Below, piece after piece: positions 58,999 through 64,000 of a DNA stretch of 64,000 nucleotides. Each line of letters opens with the position of its first letter. The first letter of the stretch is position 1. Origin of the DNA: Chloroflexota bacterium (lineage in GTDB: Bacteria > Chloroflexota > UBA11872 > VXOZ01); the NCBI GenBank assembly GCA_963662335.2, contig CAXXVD010000001.1:512001-576000 (forward strand), read 5' to 3'. A model generated the notes under the pieces. That model made no database searches and was not told where the DNA came from. It saw only the letters and a program-made list of their open reading frames with translations. Both the position numbers and the translations under genes were made by a program.

Positions 58999-59781
58999 TC
59001 ACGTCTCGCTCTGCGCCGCATCGTCAGCGCCGCGCTTGGCCTCGTACCGCTCCAGGAGTTCGTCCAGCAACATTATGTGCGCGTGGGCAATGAGCGAGCC
59101 GGCCACCGTCGGATAGGCGAGCACGAAGAGCGGACGAATTGGCGAAAACAACAGAAAGGGAATAATGAGAACGATCACGTGCACGCCAAACATGCACACG
59201 GTTACGCCCAGGTTATCCAAGGCCAACAGCACCGCGTTGCGAAACGTCTGCGGCACGGAGGTGTCGAGCCGGATCATCACCGAGAACACGTACGGCTGAA
59301 TTGCCACCCAGAACACGATGCCCCAGAGGAAGAGAATGCTGAGCAGCGGCAAGAACGGGTGAATCTCAGAGGTGAGATAGAACCAGGTATTGAGGGCGAG
59401 GGCCGCCAGGAGCAGAAAGTTTACCGCCCCAATGAGGTAGCCCTTGATGAAGTGCGCGCGCAAGCTCCGGACATACGACTTCATGTCCACGGCTTCGCCT
59501 TCCAGCGACCTGGCGGCGTAGTCGTAGATGGCGGCGGTGGCGGGCCCCGCCAGCGCCAGGCACACCAGCGATACGGCGACAACGGTGATGCCAATGAGGA
59601 TCGGTGGCGTGTCCTGGGTCTCCTCGCCGTTGCCCGGCAGCAGCGACGGCAGGTAGACCATGATCGAGAAGACGAAGGGCAAGCAGAGCAGCGACCAGAG
59701 GATGTTGCCCCGGATGATGGTGAAGAACTCATAGTAGTGCATGACCAGCGCCCGGCGCCAGACAGTGTATACGAGCATCAC
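58999..59781 (-). CDS. DUF624 (YesL-like) membrane protein
   Basis: NILW, GPATAA, FRNA motifs, multiple TMs, adjacent to a sugar ABC ATPase. Confidence 0.65.
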   Translation of the reverse strand: MMLVYTVWRRALVMHYYEFFTIIRGNILWSLLCLPFVFSIMVYLPSLLPGNGEETQDTPPILIGITVVAVSLVCLALAGPATAAIYDYAARSLEGEAVDMKSYVRSLRAHFIKGYLIGAVNFLLLAALALNTWFYLTSEIHPFLPLLSILFLWGIVFWVAIQPYVFSVMIRLDTSVPQTFRNAVLLALDNLGVTVCMFGVHVIVLIIPFLLFSPIRPLFVLAYPTVAGSLIAHAHIMLLDELLERYEAKRGADDAAQSET

Positions 59782-59986
59782 CGCGTTATGTAGTCCTTTG
59801 TGCTAGGTCAATCCGTTGCGTAGGCGAGGCGATTGGCGCGCTTAGGCACAGCGTGAAGCGCAATAAAGCGAACTTAACGGCGGGTCTAACTACCCGTACT
59901 CCAGCGCTAAGAGCGCACTGACCCGCGAAACACTCCACCATGAACCGCTTGCGCCGCTTAGTTCGGCGTGAGACTTCAAGACCGCC

Positions 59987-60196
59987 TCACGTCTCGTCCC
60001 GCTTGCCGGCCTGTATGAAGTAGCTGTCCAACACCGTTTCAATGCGAGACACCCGGTCGTTCAGGCCTTCGATAAGGCCCTCGAGGCGGGATACGCGTTC
60101 GCCAAGATGCGAGATGCGAGTCTCGAAACGCCAAATCAGGCCGGCAAACGCCACAACGACCACGATGGTGGTTGCCCAATCGCTCAGGTTTTCCAT
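59987..60196 (-). CDS. Small N-terminal TM plus coiled-coil protein (69 aa)
   Basis: Hydrophobic TTIVVVVAFAGLIW followed by heptads RISHLGE/RVSRLEG/RVSRIET; AAGGGG RBS; paralog at 52556. Confidence 0.7.
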   Translation of the reverse strand: MENLSDWATTIVVVVAFAGLIWRFETRISHLGERVSRLEGLIEGLNDRVSRIETVLDSYFIQAGKRDET

Positions 60197-60393
60197 CAGC
60201 TGCCCCTTCCGTTCTCACCTTTCTCACATATCGAATATAGCATGAAACCCCAAAGACCGCTATTGCTCGGCAACACGCTTGGCCATGTCAAGCTGCGCCT
60301 GCGGGCGGCCCTCTGGCAGGCTGGACTGCCGCCCAATGTACGCGCCGCGCGCAATCGCATACGCAGGCAGCGAGAGGCAACATTCATACTGCG

Positions 60394-60421
60394 GTAGGGG
60401 CACGCCATGGCGTGCCCCTAC
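60394..60421. repeat. GTAG-REP family C
   Basis: GTAGGGGCACGCCATGGCGTGCCCCTAC, perfect palindrome. Confidence 0.82.
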
Positions 60422-60465
60422 CGCGACGGCGCGCGCCAACACGCCAATCTCCGTCGCTGCGACCG

Positions 60466-61686
60466 CTAGCCCGCGGCGGCCGCCGCGCCGACCGTGCCGG
60501 CGACTTTCGCCATGCTCGCCTTGATGGAAGCGGCCACGTAGAGCACGTCGTCGTCGCTCATCAGCGGATGCAGCGACGGGCAAAAGAGGCGGCGGCCCAG
60601 GTCGGTGGATACCGGCACGTCCTCCGGCGTGTGGCCGAGCTTGTTCAGGATGGAATCGTAGTCCGGCAGCGCGGCGTTCATGACGCCGCTGCCCACGCCG
60701 TACTCGGACTGCATGATCTCATTCACCTTGTCGCGCGGCTCGCCGGCCCACTCCGGCGCCAGCATCACCGTGTAGCCGTACCACACGTGGTCGTAGCCGT
60801 CCGGCGTCTGCGGCACGATGACGCCGGGCGCGCCGGCGAGATGCTCCGAGAGCAGCAGCGCCCGGTCGCGCCGCAGGCCGTTCATCTCGTCAAGCCGCGC
60901 AAGCTGGATTCTGCCGGCCACGGCTTGCAGCTTGGTCAGGCGGTAGTTGCTGCCCCAGCCCTGCAGACCCCAGCCAAAGGAGCGGCTGCTGTTGATGTAG
61001 GCGGCGTAGTCGTCGTCATCGGTGGTCACCATGCCGCCTTCACCGAGCGTGGTCATGTTCTTGGTGGTCTGGAAGCTGAAGATATTCATCGCGCCTCTCT
61101 TGCCGACGCGCGTGCCCTTGTAGCCGCCGCCGGCCGCGCGCGCCGCGTCGCCAATCACCGGCGGCGGGCCGTGCACGGGATGCGGATGGCGCTCGGCAAT
61201 GTCGGTCAGCGCGTCCATGTCCGCGGAGAGGCCGTTGTTGTGCACCGGCAGGATGGCGCGGGTGTTGGCCGTCATGCGGCGTTCCACGTCATTGGGATCG
61301 ATGTTGAACGTGTCACCGTGGCACTCGGCCAGCACGACCTTCGCGCCCACGCCCACGACCGCCTGCGCGGTGGCAATATACGTAATGGCCGGCACGATTA
61401 CCTCGTCTTCCGGGCCGAGATTGAGGGCCTGCATCGCGCCGTCCAGGCCCGTGCCGCACGAATTCACGGCAAAGGCGTACTTGACGTCGCAGTACTCGGC
61501 GAACTCCCGCTCGAATTCAGAAATGTCGTTGCCGGTAAAGCCCACCTTCCAGTCCATGCTCTCGCGCAGCGCCTGCGTCAACGCCGCCACCTCTTCCTCG
61601 TTGTACCAGCCGCCCAGGGCCGGCAGAAAAGGCAGTTTCCGCTTTTCGCCGTTCAAGACCGCTTGTTCTTCACCAGTCAATGCCAT
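60466..61686 (-). CDS. DegT/DnrJ/EryC1/StrS PLP aminotransferase
   Basis: FEREFAEYC, DEVIVPAITYIATA, FSFQTTKNMTTLGEGGMV, SNYRL; AAGGAG RBS. Confidence 0.9.
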   Translation of the reverse strand: MALTGEEQAVLNGEKRKLPFLPALGGWYNEEEVAALTQALRESMDWKVGFTGNDISEFEREFAEYCDVKYAFAVNSCGTGLDGAMQALNLGPEDEVIVPAITYIATAQAVVGVGAKVVLAECHGDTFNIDPNDVERRMTANTRAILPVHNNGLSADMDALTDIAERHPHPVHGPPPVIGDAARAAGGGYKGTRVGKRGAMNIFSFQTTKNMTTLGEGGMVTTDDDDYAAYINSSRSFGWGLQGWGSNYRLTKLQAVAGRIQLARLDEMNGLRRDRALLLSEHLAGAPGVIVPQTPDGYDHVWYGYTVMLAPEWAGEPRDKVNEIMQSEYGVGSGVMNAALPDYDSILNKLGHTPEDVPVSTDLGRRLFCPSLHPLMSDDDVLYVAASIKASMAKVAGTVGAAAAAG

Positions 61687-61787
61687 GCTGTTGCTCCTTG
61701 TGTGAGGAATGCCGATTGGTCTACTTACGCTATACGATGCACCAAAAGTGAAGATTTGACAAGGAATGAGGTCGCGCGGCCATCAAA

Positions 61788-61895
61788 TGTCATTCCGAGC
61801 GCAGCGAGGAATCTAGTGCGTACATCCTCAGAGATTCACCGCAATAAGGGCATCGTGCTTTGCGCCAAGCGGCGCGGGACAAGCCCCCGCGCTAC
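61788..61895. repeat. TGTCATTCCG half element (61788-61816) and REP-A (61872-61895)
   Basis: Direct matches to the other copies. Confidence 0.75.
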
Positions 61896-61932
61896 GCCAA
61901 GACGGCAGCACAGAGCAACCGCTTCCGGGCGC

Positions 61933-64000
61933 TCACCGCGCGGCGGTGATAGCTTCCCGCAGGAGTTGCGCGCCCTTGGCGAGGGCCGCATCCAACTTGG
62001 CCGGGTCGCGGCCGCCGGCCTGGGCGGATTCGGGACCGCCGCCGCCGCCGCCGCCGGCGGCTTGGCCGACGGCGCGCACCAGGTTGCCGGCGTGGACGCC
62101 GCCCGCAGTGAGGTCTTTGGTGGCCATGATGACGAACAGCGGGCGGTCGTTGAGGAGCGTGCCCAGCAGCAGCGCGCCGGAACCGCCGAGGCGGTCTTTC
62201 ACCCGGTCGCCAAGCTCGCGGAAGGTCTCCACGTTGGGCGCGTCCACCTTGCCAACGACGAGCAGCGCGCCGCCGATGTCCTCAGCCGTGCCGACGAGTT
62301 GCTCCACCTGCTGCCCCGCCTGGCCGCGTTCCAGGCGCGCAATCTGCCGCCGTTGCTGGGCGTTTTCCTCGCGCAGCGCGGCGGCGCGGGCCGCAAGCTC
62401 TTGCGGCGGCGTCTCCAGGGTGGCGGCAAGGTCGAGCAGCAGGGCGTTCTGCGCTTGCACGTGGCGCACGGCGGCCGCCCCGGTGAGCGCCTCGATACGG
62501 CGCAGTCCCGCGCCGACGCTGGATTCGCTTTGAATTACAAATAGCCCAATGGCGCCTGTAGCCGCCACGTGCGTGCCGCCGCAGAGTTCCTTGCTCGCGT
62601 CGCCGATGCTGAGCATGCGTACGGTCTCGCCGTACTTCTCGCCAAAGAGCGCCTGCGCGCCGGCGGCCACCGCCTCCGAGGTCTCCATGTGCGCTATCTC
62701 AGTCAAAAGATTTGCCTGCACATGGTCGTTCACGCGCCGCTCGACCTCGTCGATCTCTTGGCGCGTGAGGGCATCGGGATGGCCGAAGTCGAAGCGCAAG
62801 TGGTCCGGCGCGACCAGCGAGCCGGACTGCTGCACGTGGTCGCCGAGCAGATTGCGCAAAGCGGCGTGCAGCAGATGGGTCGCCGTGTGGTTGCGCGCGG
62901 TGTTGGCGCGGCGTTCCGCGTCTACGCTGGCCGTGACCGCAGCGTCGGCAAGCAGCGCGCCCGCTTCAACCCGGCCCTTGTGGACGATGAGTCCAGGCTG
63001 CGGCGAAAGCGTATCTTCCACGCGAAAGACGCCGCCGGCGCTCTCGATGCGCCCGGTATCGCCCACCTGCCCGCCGCCCTCGGCGTAGAAGGGCGTGCGG
63101 TCGAGGATGATCAGGCCCTCTTCGCCGGTCTCCAGCCGGCCGGCGCGCTCCTCGCCCTGCTGGATGCCAACGACCACGCCGGTATCGGTGGTCGTTTCGT
63201 AGCCGGTGAACGCGACACCGGCAAAGTCCGACGGCAGGTTCTGCACGATCTCGAATTGCGCGCTCTGGCGGCTGCGCTCCTGCTGCTCGCGCAGGGCCGC
63301 CTGGTAGGCGTCTTCATCTACGCCGATGCCGCGGCCGTCCGCGACTTCCCGCGTGAGTTCGATGGGAAAGCCGTATGAATCATGCAGCAGGAAGGCGTCC
63401 GCGCCGGAGAGCGTCTTGCCGCCGGTTTGCGCCGCATTGTCCAGCATAGTGGTGAGAATGGGCAGCCCCTGGCGCACGTTGCGCAGGAAGTTCTCCTCTT
63501 CCTGCGTAATCATGCGCAGGATGAAGTCCTGGCGGGCGGCCGTCTCCGGATACGCCCCACCCATCACCGCGATGACGGTCTCGCCCAGCGCCGCCAGCAT
63601 GGGTTCGCGGCGGCCAAGCAGGTAGACGTGGCGCATGGCGCGGCGGATCAAGCGCCGCAGCACGTAGCCGCGGCCGGCGTTGCCCGGCAGCACGCCGTCG
63701 CCAATCAGAAAGACGGCGGCGCGGGTGTGCTCGCAGATGATGCGGAGGCTCACGTCCTGCTCGGCGCGCGCGCCGTAGGCGCAGCCGAGCAATTCGGCGG
63801 CTTGTTGGACGAAAGGCAGGAACGCGTCCGTATCGTACGGCGTGGCGACCCCTTGCAGCGCCACGGCCCAGCGTTCCAAGCCGGCGCCGGTATCCACGCC
63901 CACGTTCGCCAAGGGCGTAAGCGCATCGGCGCGCAGGCCGCCGCCGCTGACGTCGGCATAGTATTGGTTGAAGACCAGGTTCCAGATTTCCAGGAAGCGG
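61933..64000 (-). CDS. alaS: Alanine--tRNA ligase, partial (5' end beyond the window)
   Basis: LEIWNLVFNQY, VDTGAGLER, GRGYVLRRLIRRA, YGFPIELT, HTATHLL, ELCGGTH, GGGGGG..AQAGG. Confidence 0.97.
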   Translation of the reverse strand, partial: RFLEIWNLVFNQYYADVSGGGLRADALTPLANVGVDTGAGLERWAVALQGVATPYDTDAFLPFVQQAAELLGCAYGARAEQDVSLRIICEHTRAAVFLIGDGVLPGNAGRGYVLRRLIRRAMRHVYLLGRREPMLAALGETVIAVMGGAYPETAARQDFILRMITQEEENFLRNVRQGLPILTTMLDNAAQTGGKTLSGADAFLLHDSYGFPIELTREVADGRGIGVDEDAYQAALREQQERSRQSAQFEIVQNLPSDFAGVAFTGYETTTDTGVVVGIQQGEERAGRLETGEEGLIILDRTPFYAEGGGQVGDTGRIESAGGVFRVEDTLSPQPGLIVHKGRVEAGALLADAAVTASVDAERRANTARNHTATHLLHAALRNLLGDHVQQSGSLVAPDHLRFDFGHPDALTRQEIDEVERRVNDHVQANLLTEIAHMETSEAVAAGAQALFGEKYGETVRMLSIGDASKELCGGTHVAATGAIGLFVIQSESSVGAGLRRIEALTGAAAVRHVQAQNALLLDLAATLETPPQELAARAAALREENAQQRRQIARLERGQAGQQVEQLVGTAEDIGGALLVVGKVDAPNVETFRELGDRVKDRLGGSGALLLGTLLNDRPLFVIMATKDLTAGGVHAGNLVRAVGQAAGGGGGGGPESAQAGGRDPAKLDAALAKGAQLLREAITAAR

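Noticed and set aside
60412-62544. 710-aa plus-strand ORF and other long antisense ORFs (3707-5491, 23660-25426, 30252-31559)
   Set aside because: Shadow frames of well-supported genes on the opposite strand, as expected in high-GC DNA; no motifs.

Overview
High-GC bacterial chromosomal segment, about 53 genes. Lineage is probably Chloroflexota, inferred only from a Pro/Thr-rich CdaR tail, the Tat-lipoprotein solute-binding protein style, long HisG with a HisS/HisZ-like partner and a two-domain ThyX. The left two-thirds is catabolic and transport accessory content: two DUF3604 PHP-fold proteins, three tandem GNATs, several amidohydrolases, an AapJJQMP amino-acid ABC system, nitrilase-family, phosphoesterase, M20, MBL, enolase-family, GMC and AKR enzymes, plus mutL and a SOD. 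The right third is housekeeping: alr, secF, hisG, hisZ/hisS, secD, recA, thyX, cdaR, cdaA, argF and partial alaS. I found no transposase, CRISPR array, rRNA or tRNA. The most striking non-gene signal is a dense set of short palindromic repeats from at least six families. They form a 118-bp BIME-like tandem array, ride inside small TSD-flanked MITE-like elements that insert into another palindrome family, supply stop codons to several genes, and sit in-frame inside thyX and hisZ/hisS. All calls come from motif recognition by eye; no database searches were run.
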